Both the position numbers and the translations under genes were made by a program. A DNA stretch of 64,000 nt, taken from an uncultured Planctomycetota bacterium (GTDB taxonomy: Bacteria > Planctomycetota > Planctomycetia > Isosphaerales > Isosphaeraceae). Under the pieces are notes generated by a model. That model saw only the letters and a program-made list of their open reading frames with translations. It searched no databases and had not been told where the DNA came from. Position 1 is the first letter of the stretch. Every line of letters begins with the position of its first letter. Location of the stretch: assembly GCA_963845755.1 (NCBI GenBank), contig CAWJTV010000010.1:16266-80265 (forward strand), read 5' to 3'. Below, one piece after another: positions 42,595 through 53,860 of the stretch.

Positions 42595-44845
42595 ATGCCT
42601 GTCAAGACGCTGCCGGGACCTTCCACGTCGGTGCGCGATGTTGAGATGATCGTCCATGGCGACCACTGGGACCCTTACGCGATACTGGGTCTGCACGAGG
42701 TGTCGGCTGGGAGCGGAGTCCCGAAAACATGGGTGATCCGTGCGTTCCTCCCGGAGGCGCGCACGGCCTGGGTGGTCGACCTGAAACGGGGCGAGCCGGG
42801 CGAACGGATCGCGATGGAGCGGATCCACCCGGACGGGTTCTTCGTGGCGGTCCTGGAAGATCGCGCCGAAGCGTTTCCCTTACCGGCTAAGGGTGGAGAA
42901 TCATGAAGGCCATTCGTGGGATTTCGTCGACCCGTATTCGCTCGGGCCGGTGTTGACCGACTTCGATCTGCACTTGCTGGGCGAAGGGACGCATTACCGG
43001 AATTACGAGCGGCTCGGCGCCCACCTTCGGACCCATGAGGGCTTCCGGGGGGTCCACTTCGCGGTCTGGGCGCCGAACGCTCAGCGCGTGAGCGTGACCG
43101 GCAATTTCAATCATTGGGACGGCCGGCGACACCCGATGGGCAATCGTGGCGCGACCGGTATCTGGGAGACGTTCATACCGGACCTCTCTCAGGGCGAGGT
43201 CTACAAGTTCGAGATCAAGAGCCGGCACGATGGGTATCTCGTTCAGAAGTCCGACCCCTACGGCTTCTCGGCGGAGCTTCGCCCCAGGACGGCGTCGATC
43301 GTCTGGGATATCTCGAAATTCACCTGGGCTGACCAGGATTGGCTGGCGCAGCGAAGCAATCGGCAGGGACTGGACAAGCCGATGGCCATCTACGAGGTGC
43401 ATCTCGGCTCCTGGAAGCGGAAGGTCGATCAGGGTGAAGGATTCCTCAACTACCGAGAGCTGGCCGAGCAGTTGGCCTCGCATCTCGACCATACGCAGTT
43501 CACCCACGTTGAGCTGTTGCCGATCACCGAGCATCCCTTCGACGGAAGCTGGGGGTATCAGCCGGTGGGCTACTTCGCGCCCACGTCGCGGCATGGGACA
43601 CCGGACGATTTCGCCTACTTCGTCGATTACCTGCACCGGCGCGGTTACGGGGTGATCCTTGATTGGGTCCCGGCCCACTTCCCCAACGACTCCCACGGCC
43701 TGGGTTATTTCGACGGGACCCATCTCTACGAGCATTCGGACCCCAGGCTGGGCGAACATCGCGACTGGGGCACGAAGATTTTCAACTACGGCCGGCCCGA
43801 GGTCCGGAATTTCCTCTTCGGCAACGCGCTGTTCTGGCTCGACCGTTACCATCTCGATGGGCTGAGAGTCGATGCGGTCGCCTCGATGCTCTATCTCGAT
43901 TACTCGCGCAAGTCGGGCGAATGGATCCCCAACGTGTTCGGCGGCAACGAGAACCTCGAGGCGATCGACTTTCTCAAACGGCTGAACGAGGTCTGTCACA
44001 AGGAGCATCCGGGCATCCTGACCATCGCCGAGGAATCGACGAGCTGGTCCGGCGTCTCCCGGCCGACGTATCTCGGGGGCCTGGGCTTCAGCCTGAAATG
44101 GAACATGGGCTGGATGAACGACACGCTCCGTTACATGTCCAAGGACCCGGTCTATCGCAAGTACGAGCACGGCTCGCTCACGTTCAGCATGATCTACGCG
44201 TTCACCGAGAACTTCATCCTGCCGCTGTCGCACGACGAAGTGGTCCACGGCAAGGGGTCGCTCCTCGACAAGATGCCGGGCGACCTCTGGCAGAAGATGG
44301 CGAACCTCCGGCTCCTCTACGGCTACATGTACGGCCACCCCGGGAAGAAGCTCCTGTTCATGGGCGACGAGATCGCGCAGTGGCGCGAGTGGAACCATGA
44401 CACGAGCCTCGACTGGCACCTGCTCCAGTGGCGGGACCACCAGGGGATCCTCGAGCTCATCCGCGACCTCAATGCGCTTTATCGCTCGCAACCGGCCCTC
44501 CACCAGGTCGACTTCGACTGGCAGGGCTACGAGTGGCTCGAGCTGCACGATTGGGAGAACAGCGTTGTCGCGTTCCTGCGACGGGCACGCGACCCGGCCG
44601 ACGCCGTCGTGGTGGCCTGTAACTTCACGCCGATCATCCGCGAGAATTACCGGATCGGCGTACCGTCCGGGGGATACTACCGGGAGATCCTCAATACCGA
44701 CTCGGACATCTACGGCGGGTCGAATGTCGGCAATCAGGGCGGTGCCTGGGGGATCCCCGAACCCCACGGCGGCCGCCCCTTCCACCTCAACCTCCGCCTG
44801 CCGCCGCTGGGCGTGGTTTTTTTGAAAGTGCCGATCGGGTCGTGA
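42595..44845 (+). CDS. glgB: 1,4-alpha-glucan branching enzyme (frameshift ~42880)
   Basis: [57 protein letters not shown]. Confidence 0.97.
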
Positions 44846-45033
44846 CGGAGGGCGCGGAGGATCGCTTCGACTTGGGCGCATCCAGGCCGATGGTTAGAAT
44901 GGAGCGGGATAGGTGGAGGAAGGCATGCCGTAGATTTCGAAGCCGCTCGACGTTTTCAGCGAGGCCAGTAGAAGCGGGCGACTTCATGTGGGAAGATGGT
45001 GAGTGAACAAACTTGTGATCCAGGACCCACATC

Positions 45034-45393
45034 GTGAAGCAACAACGACCACGTTGGGGACTCCGCCTCGACACGCTCATGCTTCTCATCGTCATCCTGG
45101 CCCTCAGTGTGGCTTTGGTGACCGAGCGTCGGAGGAACAATCACAGAGCCCAGGCCGCCCGCGCCGAGGTTCATGCGGTGCGCGTCGAGGTCCAGTCTGC
45201 CCATGCCAAGGCCGACAACGCCGTCGCCGCGGCCCAGGCCGCCCGTGACCAGGCCGACAATGCGACTGCCGAGGCCGAGATAGCCTGCGCCGAGGCCGAC
45301 CTGATCCGGGTCGAGGCTGGCAGGTTCAATGGGATTCCGAGACAGCTAGGTCTCGCCGATCTGCCTGTCCACAAACCAGCACACTCCCGTTGA
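45034..45393 (+). CDS. small membrane-anchored Ala-rich coiled-coil protein
   Basis: LRLDTLMLLIVILALSVAL N-terminus followed by Ala-rich heptads. Confidence 0.6.
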   Translation: MKQQRPRWGLRLDTLMLLIVILALSVALVTERRRNNHRAQAARAEVHAVRVEVQSAHAKADNAVAAAQAARDQADNATAEAEIACAEADLIRVEAGRFNGIPRQLGLADLPVHKPAHSR

Positions 45394-45462
45394 ACCGCCC
45401 GAACCTGCTAGAGCCGGGAAACTGACACGGATCTCCTGCGTCCACGTAAGGAGTTCGTAGCG

Positions 45463-45810
45463 ATGTCGAAGGTATCAGATCCTTCAACGCGGGTCGCCGA
45501 AGTCGGTCAGAGTGTATCCGAGCGATTCTCTCGTCTCGCCGCCGAGTGGAAGGATCAGTCGCGCCTCCTCTCGAATTCGGCGCAAATGGCCATGCTCAGG
45601 CCGTACCAAAAGATTACTGGGATGGGACCGCAGGTTGTCCCCCTGATCCTCGAGGAGTTGCGTCGCGAGCCGGACCAATGGTTCTGGGCACTGGAATCGA
45701 TCACGGAACAGAACCCCGTGCCGCCTGAAGCCATGGGAAAGGTCCGGCTGATGGCCCAGGCATGGGTCCAGTGGGGGGAACCGCAAGGGATTCTCAAGCA
45801 TAAGACCTGA
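45463..45810 (+). CDS. hypothetical protein
   Basis: RBS AAGGAG; RFSRLAAEWK...YQKITGMG..VPLILEELRREPDQWFWALESIT..NPV. Confidence 0.7.
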   Translation: MSKVSDPSTRVAEVGQSVSERFSRLAAEWKDQSRLLSNSAQMAMLRPYQKITGMGPQVVPLILEELRREPDQWFWALESITEQNPVPPEAMGKVRLMAQAWVQWGEPQGILKHKT

Positions 45811-45903
45811 TCGAGAGCTTCCACGCCGTCAGGCTTTATCGCACGGGCCGATCGAAATGATGCCCGCAAGGCCACGGTGAGATCGGACAGTTCCACGAAG
45901 TCT

Positions 45904-48019
45904 TCACTCTTGCTCGAACTCGTCGATCGGGATGGAGGGCCGCGCTGAGGGGCTTTTCGATGCGGGAGATGAAGCCACCGGTGTGCGTGTGGTCTGCGGG
46001 ATGAGCTCCTCAATCGCGACGTTCCAGGTGACGTGCCCGATCGCAATGACGGCCGTCTTCTTGCGGGGGTCGAGTTTGACGATCCGTCCGGGGCGGTCGT
46101 ATCCCAGGCGCGGGACGACGACCCGGTCGCCGGGCTGGAGGCGTGCCCGGGCTTCGGCGATCGTATCGGCGTGACGGGTCTCGTCCTGGAGCTCGGCCAG
46201 GCGTCGGGCCAGCGCCTCGCGGGTCCGTTCGGCCTCGGCCTGGGCCTGGAGGGCCGCCTGACGAGCCGCCTCCGCCTCCTTGCGGAGATGTTGGAGCACT
46301 TCCCAATCCGGGACCGCGCCTCCTCGACGCCTGCGCGAGGTAAGACTCCGCTCGGGCGACCACGGGCTCGGGGAGTTGCAAGTGACGGGCGATCTTCAGC
46401 GCGTTCGATTGCCCGATATCGCCGATGTGCAGCCGGTAACGCGGCTGGAGGGTCTCGTCGTCGAACTCGACGGCTGCGTTCTCCGCGCCCGGGGTCGAGA
46501 ACGCATAGGTTTTCAGATCGCCGATGTGAGTCGTGACGATGGAACGGCTGCCGATCGCGGTCAGCTCGTCGAGGATCGAACGCCCCAGGGCGGCTCCGTC
46601 AGCGGGGTCGGTGCCGGCGCCCATCTCGTCGAGCAGGACCAGCGAACGCGCGGTGGCTTTGCCCAGGATCTCGCTGATACGGCGGACATGCGAAGAGAAC
46701 GTTGACAGCGACTGCTCCAGGCTCTGTTCGTCGCCGATATCGGCCAGTACATCGTCGAAAACCGGGAATTCGGATCCCTCCGCGGCCGGGACGTGCAGCC
46801 CGCTCTGAGCCATGATCGCGAGCAGGCCGACCGTCTTGAGTGCCACGGTCTTGCCGCCCGTATTCGGACCAGTCACCACCAGGATATGGAATCGGGCTCC
46901 GAGATTCACGTCGATGGGCACCACCGTCCTCGTGGGCGAGGTCGGCGTCGGCGCGGTCGAGCCGGGTCCGGGGCCGGCCGGAGGTGCGGTCGAAACCGAA
47001 AGTGAGATCTCTGGGGAGTCGGAAGGTGCCACGGATGTGGCCGGTCCAGCCGGCGGGCGTGTCATGACCGAATCGCCCTGGAATAGGGCCTCGAGCAAAG
47101 GATGTCGGGCCACACGTAAGACGAGCCGACCTTCCTCGTTGAATCGCGGGGCGGTCATTCGATAATCGATGCTCAGCCGTGCCTGGGCGTGGATCCGGTC
47201 GATCTCGGCCATGGTCTCCAGCGTCCCGAGCAGGCTTTCGGACACCATCCCCACCTGGGCACTGAGCCATCGCAGGATGCGCCGAACCTCCTTGGCCTCG
47301 CGCGCCCGAAGGAAGGAGAGCTGGGCGGACCGCTCGCCGATCGCCGCCGGCTCGATGTAGACCGTCTCGTTGCTCGCACTGGTGCGGAGGACCGCGCCCT
47401 GGACCTCGCCTCGATGGTCCTTGGAAATGGGTAGTACGTAGTGGTGACCGACCATCGTAAAGTTCGGGAAGCGGAGGATCCTCCGCACGTCCGGCGAGCG
47501 GAGCAGATGACGAAGAGTCTCCTGGATTCGCTCTTCGACCTGCCCGATCTCGCGGCGCAGGGCGGTGAGCCGGCGGCTGGCGGTATCCAGGACCTTGGCC
47601 CGGCTGTCCAGGCACCCTTCGATGGCCACGACGATGCCCGAGAATTCGCCGACATTCTGTCGGAGTCCGCCCAGGCGCGGGAACTGGACGCCGATCCGGG
47701 CGAGCCAGCGATCGATATCGCCGATGGCTCGCAGGGTCTCGACCGTCTCGGCCAGCTCCTCGGCCTCGAGCAGCCCGCCAACCTGCGCACGACGCACCTG
47801 GAGTCGGATGTCGTGCAAGCCGCCGAACGATGGCCGCAAGCCCGCGAGCAGAGCCTCGACCATCTCCGTCGTGAGCGCCTGCCGGTGATGAATCTCGCCA
47901 GGATCGATACTCGGCTCGATCGCCCCGGCCGCGACCCGGCCCAGCGAACACGCGGCCCGCGTGGCAACGAGCGCTCGCACTTTGTCGAACTCCAGGAGTT
48001 CCAGCGTGTGGCTATCCAT
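45904..48019 (-). CDS. mutS2: MutS2-family ATPase lacking the Smr domain (frameshift ~46330)
   Basis: TLELLEFDKV, TVYIEP, TGPNTGGKT, DIGDEQSLEQSLSTFSSH, LLDEMGAGTDP, TTH; KOW-like LQPGDRVVVPRLG then stop. Confidence 0.88.
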
Positions 48020-48237
48020 GTTCTTCCACAAGTCCGAGATGCGCTCGCGCGAACTCGAGCGACCCAATTCGGCCCGCGCGCACGACACTGATCGACACCA
48101 GAGCGGGGCCCGCGGTTCGCTCCGGAACCTTCGTATTATCGCAAGGTTCGTGCCGTTACGGCCATGGCGATCCAGGACCGGCCATCCGCTTCTCGAGGTG
48201 AGCCGAGTCCCCGTGCACAATCGGGATCGCCGGTCAA

Positions 48238-49080
48238 TCAACGGCGGGTCGGGCCCTTTGCAGGCTCCTTCGCGGGAGAAGCGCCAGAATTCGCGGAGGA
48301 GGCGGTCTGCGGCTCGAGCTCCCGACGCCACCCTTCGGGCGTGTTGCCCAGGTCCTTGCCGGTGATCTTCTTGAGCGATCGATAACAGCCGAGACGGATT
48401 GCCGGGTCTTCGTGTTCCATTCCCTCCATGAGCACGTGAAGAACCCGGGGATCCCGCGATTTCAGGTCACCGATCCCTTCAATCGCGGCGATCCTGCAAT
48501 CTTCCAGGGGATCGACCGTCATGATCCGGACGAGCGTCGTCGCATCCTCCGGTCGGCCCACCCGTCCCAGGGCGCGACAGGCCTCGGTTCGTACCACGCC
48601 CTCGGTATCGCTGACCGCTCGGGCGACAACATCTCGGCCACGGGGATCGCCCAGCTCGCCCAGGCTGCGGACGATGATCGCCCGGATCGCCAGCGGCTCT
48701 TTCCCCTCCTGGAGCTTGGCAACGAGTGTCGTGATCGCCTCTGTCTTCGCGGCCGGGGAGTCGTACAGATCGGGGTCTCCGAGTTTGCCATAGGCCATGA
48801 AGCGAATGTTTGGATCGGGATTGGAGCGAACATGGCGAAGGAAGCTGGCGGGTGTGGTACCGATGTAGACGGGTAGACTGTCGTGAATTGTGGCCTGAAT
48901 CGACTGCATTTTCTCGCCGGTGGCCTTCGCGAGGTTCTGGAGCGGATGGCTCTCGCGGATCGAGCCCAGGACATCGCTGCCAAAGTAGGTGGAACAGCCG
49001 GGCAGGATCGCGAACGCGATCAGGCCCAGCCAGGCCGGCTTCCTCACCCATCGGCGATTGCGGGGAGACGCGACATCCAT
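48238..49080 (-). CDS. HEAT-repeat lipoprotein
   Basis: Lipobox ILPGC; repeats VRTEACRALG, CRIAAIEGIG, EDPAIRLGCYRSL. Confidence 0.8.
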   Translation of the reverse strand: MDVASPRNRRWVRKPAWLGLIAFAILPGCSTYFGSDVLGSIRESHPLQNLAKATGEKMQSIQATIHDSLPVYIGTTPASFLRHVRSNPDPNIRFMAYGKLGDPDLYDSPAAKTEAITTLVAKLQEGKEPLAIRAIIVRSLGELGDPRGRDVVARAVSDTEGVVRTEACRALGRVGRPEDATTLVRIMTVDPLEDCRIAAIEGIGDLKSRDPRVLHVLMEGMEHEDPAIRLGCYRSLKKITGKDLGNTPEGWRRELEPQTASSANSGASPAKEPAKGPTRR

Positions 49081-49454
49081 GCCCGTCAACCTATCCTTCG
49101 CGTGAAGAACGACCGTGATTCGCCGCGCGTGCGCCGCGGTCGGCGAGACGGCGGCCGCTGATCCTGTACCCGGACCGATCAGCGGTCCACGGACACGGAC
49201 CCATCGGGAAAGGCCCGTGACACAGGCGGGGATCTTAGCGTGAAGGCCGGATTTCGCCAAGGCGAGGTCGTCGCAGAGCAACGCTCGGCTTCCGGACAGG
49301 GGAGGTTGGGGTCGAGATCACGTGCGTCGCGTTGCAAAAAAGAAGGACGTTGGCTCGTGGGATTAGGGCCAACGTCCCGGGGCTTCTGTGCGATAACAAG
49401 AATGGACGGAGGTCCGAAGACCTCGTCCACCAGGAGCATGAACTCGCGCGGTTC

Positions 49455-49912
49455 TCAGACCGTGGGCGGCGGCGCGGCCGCTGCATCGGGGGCGGCGCTG
49501 GGAGCGGAGACCGGAGCACTCGAGGCGGCCGGAGCCGCTACGTACTTCGCGCCAGACTTGGTTACCAGGAACCGGCTGGAGCCGCTTGCCTCCTTCTTCC
49601 CCTTCTTGACCATCTTCCGCTTCAGCAGGGCATCCAGGATCCGGCCCTCGGCCTTGGTCCCGACGTAACCCGCCTCGTTCGTCTGTGAGACAGCGCTGAG
49701 GACCCGCGCTTGCGCGTCGCTCAGCTTGATCGCCGGGGGTTTCTTGGCGGCGCTCTTCGGGCGCCTGCCGGCTTGGACTTGCTGTCCGCCGGCTTGGTGG
49801 ACTTCTTCGTGCCCGACTTTTTGGGAGCCGACTTTTTGGGAGCCGACTTCTTCGGGGCGGCCTTCGGGCTGGTTGCGGGCTTCGACGGGCTGCTCTTCTT
49901 CTTCACCGCCAT
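49455..49912 (-). CDS. Lys/Ala/Pro-rich histone H1-like nucleoid protein candidate (frameshift ~49765)
   Basis: RBS GAGGTG; MAVKKKSSPSKP...(PKKSA) repeats joined to KLSDAQARVL...ILDALLKRKMVKK...FLVTKSG. Confidence 0.7.
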
Positions 49913-50624
49913 CGGTATCACCTCGCTCCAAGACATACTCGCTTGAGTCCGACCGGCATGAATCGACCGGTCCCTGCGTCAATTCATACCAAATTCTTCA
50001 ACTTATGGAAGACGAGGCTTGTAAGAAATGGTGAAAAAACTCGCCGGTCAGAGCGAATTCTCGGGACAGGTCCTACCCGGAAGGTCCTCCCGGAGGCCGG
50101 ATATACGTCCCGAATCATTCAAATTCAATATTACTGACATCAGGATTTAATTGGTGCAAGGGGTCAGTTTCCGCGTGTTTTCCGGGGATACCTGCCGCGA
50201 AGCCGCCGGACCTCGGGCGGATCCTCGGGATGCGACGCGAACGTGGCCGCCGACTCGAGGGCACAATCGCGCCGCGCGGCCCGCACGCGATGCCTTACGG
50301 ACGATCGCACGCCGAATTACCGGATGGTTGAACTCGGCCAGGTAGTCCCAGGACCTTGTCGGCGAGCCCCGGCTGTGAGGAAAAGCGTTGACAGAAGTTT
50401 CCAAACGGTCATCATCCAGTTCAGCTTGCCGCCGCCCTGCGCGGCGCCCAGCGTTCGGGCGAAACGGTCGCTCGGCGATCCTGTTCGAGCTGGACCCGTA
50501 GGAGCCCCCAGTGGCCCCGAGATCCTGGAAACCTCGACTTGAAATCCGGCCGTCGGTGGGGCACAATATCTGAACAAAGTATCACGGTCCAGCCAGGGCG
50601 AATGGAAACAGAAAGGTCGATTCG

Positions 50625-51276
50625 GTGCTGACGAAAGTGCGAGGCATCGTCGTGGCGGTCGGCGAGGAGGCGGTGACTCTGCGCGTCGATCCGTTCGAGA
50701 TCGAGGTCCTGATCCCGGAGCACACCCGGCGGACGATCCAGTCGAAGGTCGGGGAGCCGCTCGAGCTGCACACAATCTTCTACATCGAAGGCGGCCCGAT
50801 GAGCGGTCGGCTGCTTCCCCGCCTGATCGGGTTTCTTTCGGATATCGATCGCGAGTTTTTCGAGATCTTCTGCTCGGTCAACGGCGTGGGCGTTCGCAAG
50901 GCATTGAGGGCGATGGCGCCGCCCGGTCCGGGAACTGGCCCGAACGATCCAGGACCAGGACGTGAAGGTGCTCTCGACCTTCCCGGGCATCGGTGAAGCG
51001 ACCGGCGAGCGGATCGTCGCCAAATTGAGACGGAAGGTCGGCAAATTCGCTCTGATCGTCGGCTCCGAGGCGACCGGTCTGGTCACGGGGGCCGAATCGA
51101 ACGGAGCCCCCGAGAATGCCGAGCCCGATGTCATCCGCGATACCTATGCGGCGCTGCTCTCCGTGGGTCATACCGAGAGCCAGGCCCGCCAGGCGATCGA
51201 CCGCGTCCTGGCCGGGAAGAAGAAATACCGGTCCGTAGCCGATCTCATTGACGCGATCTACCAGCAAAGTCGTTGA
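50625..51276 (+). CDS. ruvA: Holliday junction branch migration protein RuvA (frameshift ~50920)
   Basis: OB-fold N-terminus, SVNGVGVRKAL, FPGIGEATGERIVAKL, ALLSVGH; lies upstream of ruvB. Confidence 0.93.
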
Positions 51277-51460
51277 CCAGAGCGCTTACCATTTGCATTA
51301 CACACGCCCTGAGGCGCTGCGAATTCACCCCCCCGAAACCCCCCTTCGCAAGGGGGGGACAGGAAACGGGCTTTTCCCGATCAATATCCCCCCCTTGCGA
51401 AGGGGGGGTTCTTCGGGAGAAGGCTTCACGTGTGGGCCACCCAACTGTGAGGCGCTCTAG
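51277..51460. mobile_element. MITE/REP-like element containing two inverted C-rich/G-rich palindromes
   Basis: CCCCCCTTCGCAAGGGGGGG (51339-51358) and its reverse complement (51388-51408); ends CCAGAGCGCTT...AGGCGCTCTAG. Confidence 0.65.
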
Positions 51461-51547
51461 TGGAAAGCCAGGAGCCAACGGAAAACCAGAAGAAGCGGTA
51501 ATCTCCGCACTCCCACTCCTCACGCCCCACTTTGAGAGGACCGACCC

Positions 51548-52655
51548 ATGCGCGAGCCCATCATTAAAGGGACGCCGGATGACGGGGACGAACCGAGCCG
51601 CCGCCGCGACTCCCGATCGGAGCGGCCGGCCGAGGCTCGAACCGTCGATCCGGTCGAACGAGAAACTCCGCCCTCAACGTCTCTCGGAAATCGTCGGGCA
51701 GCGCGGGGTCGCTGAACGGCTCGGCATCAGCCTGGCTGCGGCGAAGAAGCGGGGCGAGCCCCTCCCCCATATCCTCTTCGATGGCCCGCCGGGTTTGGGC
51801 AAGACGACGTTTGCGACGGTCTTACATAATGAGCTGGGCGTGGAGCTGAGCATTACCAGCGGGGCGGCACTCGACAAGAAGATGGACGTGATGCCCTACC
51901 TCACGAATGCGACGGAGGGCTCAATCCTTTTCATCGACGAGATTCATCGATTGCCCAGCGCCGTGGAGGAGTTCATCTATCCGGTCATGGAGGATTTCCG
52001 GGTCGATGTCGTCCTGGGCGAGGGGATGTCCGCGCGGACAATCAATCTTCCGCTCAAGAAGTTCACGATCATCGGGGCCACGACGCGGAGCGGGATGCTG
52101 ACCGGCCCACTCCGCGAGCGGTTCGTCATTCATGAACACCTCGAGTTCTACGAAGCCGATGATCTGGCGAAGATCATCACGGTCAATGCCGCCAAGCTCC
52201 GATCCACGATCATGCCGGACGCGGCCGGGGAGCTGGCCGCACGAAGTCGGGGAACCCCCCGCATCGCCAACTCGCGCTTGCGATGGGTCCGCGATTTCTC
52301 CCTGGCCCGGGCCGACGGGCACATCAGCCTCGCCGTCGCGCGCGACGCGCTCGATATGCAAGAAGTCGACGCCGAGGGGCTCGACAAGCAGGACCGCCGT
52401 TATCTGGAGACCCTGATTCGCGTCTTTCGGGGCGGTCCGACGGGGGTCGAGGCCCTCTCCGCCACGATGAACGTGGCGGTCGACACCCTGAAGGACGAGG
52501 TCGAGCCCTATCTGTTGCGCCGCGAGTTCGTGATCCGGACGCCCCGCGGACGACAGGCGACGGCCGCAGCCTATCTGCACCTCGGACTGCCCGAGCCTCC
52601 TCCGCCCGAGCCCGATTTCTCCCTATTTGATCCCCAGCGCCGGCTGTTCGAATGA
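51548..52655 (+). CDS. ruvB: Holliday junction DNA helicase RuvB (frameshift ~51660)
   Basis: LRPQ, GPPGLGKTT, FIDEIHRL, YPVMEDF, GATTRSG, SRGTPRIAN, EPYLL, RTPRGR. Confidence 0.96.
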
Positions 52656-52694
52656 ACCGACCAGCCGGTGCGGTCGTCCGCTCACCGACTCTCA

Positions 52695-52813
52695 GGGTCT
52701 GTCCCAGAAGGGCGAGCGGGGGGCGTCAGCCCGCTGTCGGGTGAGCGACGGACCTCCAAGACAGGGGGCCGACGCCCCCCGCTCGCACGGACCGGCCCCT
52801 TCGGGACAGACTC
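52695..52813. mobile_element. 119-bp palindromic MITE with 3-bp TCA target duplication
   Basis: TIR GGGTCTGTCCCAGAAGGG / CCCCTTCGGGACAGACTC; internal IR GCGAGCGGGGGGCGTC / GACGCCCCCCGCTCGC; TCA at 52692-52694 and 52814-52816. Confidence 0.75.
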
Positions 52814-52817
52814 TCAA

Positions 52818-53825
52818 TCAAGGGACGAGTCGGCGCAAGAGCCGATCGCGGACGGCTAACCACTCCGGCCGATCGGGCGGCATGATCACCATGATCGCGC
52901 GGATGTTCAGCGTGTCACAATGATGCAGTACCTCATAGAGCCGTCGTGAGGCCATTGCCGGCGACGGCATCCGGAACTCCTGTGCCGATGGAAAGTCGTG
53001 CGGGAACAACGGATCGCCGAACGAGACGATCGCGATCGCTTCATTCTTTGAGATGACAGACAGCTCGTCGAGGGAATCCACGCGAAATGCGGGTGTCCGA
53101 GGTGAATAATGGACGGGAAGCTGCCCGGGACTCGCGGGACGTTCGACCGATTCGCCGGCCGGCGCCCCGATGATGGGACTTGAGCACACCGCATCGAGGT
53201 CCGAGATCGTGATGGGCCCAGGTCGAAGAAGCCGAAGGGGCTCGTGGCTGATGTCGAGGACCGTGGATTCCAGGCCCAAGGCCGTGGGTCCGCTATCGAT
53301 CACGAGCTCAATGAGACCCTCGAGGTCGGCCAGGACATGCTCGGCTCGGGTCGGCGAAAGTCGGTTCGACCGATTGGCACTGGGCGCCGCGAGCGGCTCG
53401 CCGGTCATGTCGATCAAGCGGCGTGCGACGGTTCCCGCCGGAACCCGGAGCCCGACCGTGGCCTTCCCGGCGGCGACGATGTCCGGAATTCGCCGGCCTC
53501 GGTTGAGGACGAGTGTCAACGGTCCGGGCCAGAATCGACTGGCAAGCACGTCGGCCGCGGCGGGCCAGTCGCACGCGCAGGCCCGAGCCTGATCGACGCC
53601 CGCCGCATGGACGATCAGCGGATTGACTGCGGGCCGCCCCTTGACCGCGTAGATTCGCGACACCGCTCGCTCGTCGGTCGCCACGGCGCCGAGTCCGTAA
53701 ACGGTCTCGGTGGCGAAGGCAACGAGACCCCCCCTCTGCAGAATCCGAGCCGCTTGTTCGAGCGCAGACGAGTCGGGATTCTCGGGGTCGACCACCAGAA
53801 CGGTCGTGGATAACCGTTGGGACAT
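52818..53825 (-). CDS. sua5: L-threonylcarbamoyladenylate synthase (Sua5 type)
   Basis: FATETVYGLG, KGRPAVNPLIVH, FWPGPLT, APSAN, GLESTV, SPGQLPVHYSP. Confidence 0.95.
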   Translation of the reverse strand: MSQRLSTTVLVVDPENPDSSALEQAARILQRGGLVAFATETVYGLGAVATDERAVSRIYAVKGRPAVNPLIVHAAGVDQARACACDWPAAADVLASRFWPGPLTLVLNRGRRIPDIVAAGKATVGLRVPAGTVARRLIDMTGEPLAAPSANRSNRLSPTRAEHVLADLEGLIELVIDSGPTALGLESTVLDISHEPLRLLRPGPITISDLDAVCSSPIIGAPAGESVERPASPGQLPVHYSPRTPAFRVDSLDELSVISKNEAIAIVSFGDPLFPHDFPSAQEFRMPSPAMASRRLYEVLHHCDTLNIRAIMVIMPPDRPEWLAVRDRLLRRLVP

Positions 53826-53860
53826 GCGCGGGCCAATCTGTGGAGAACGAAGCAACGCCC

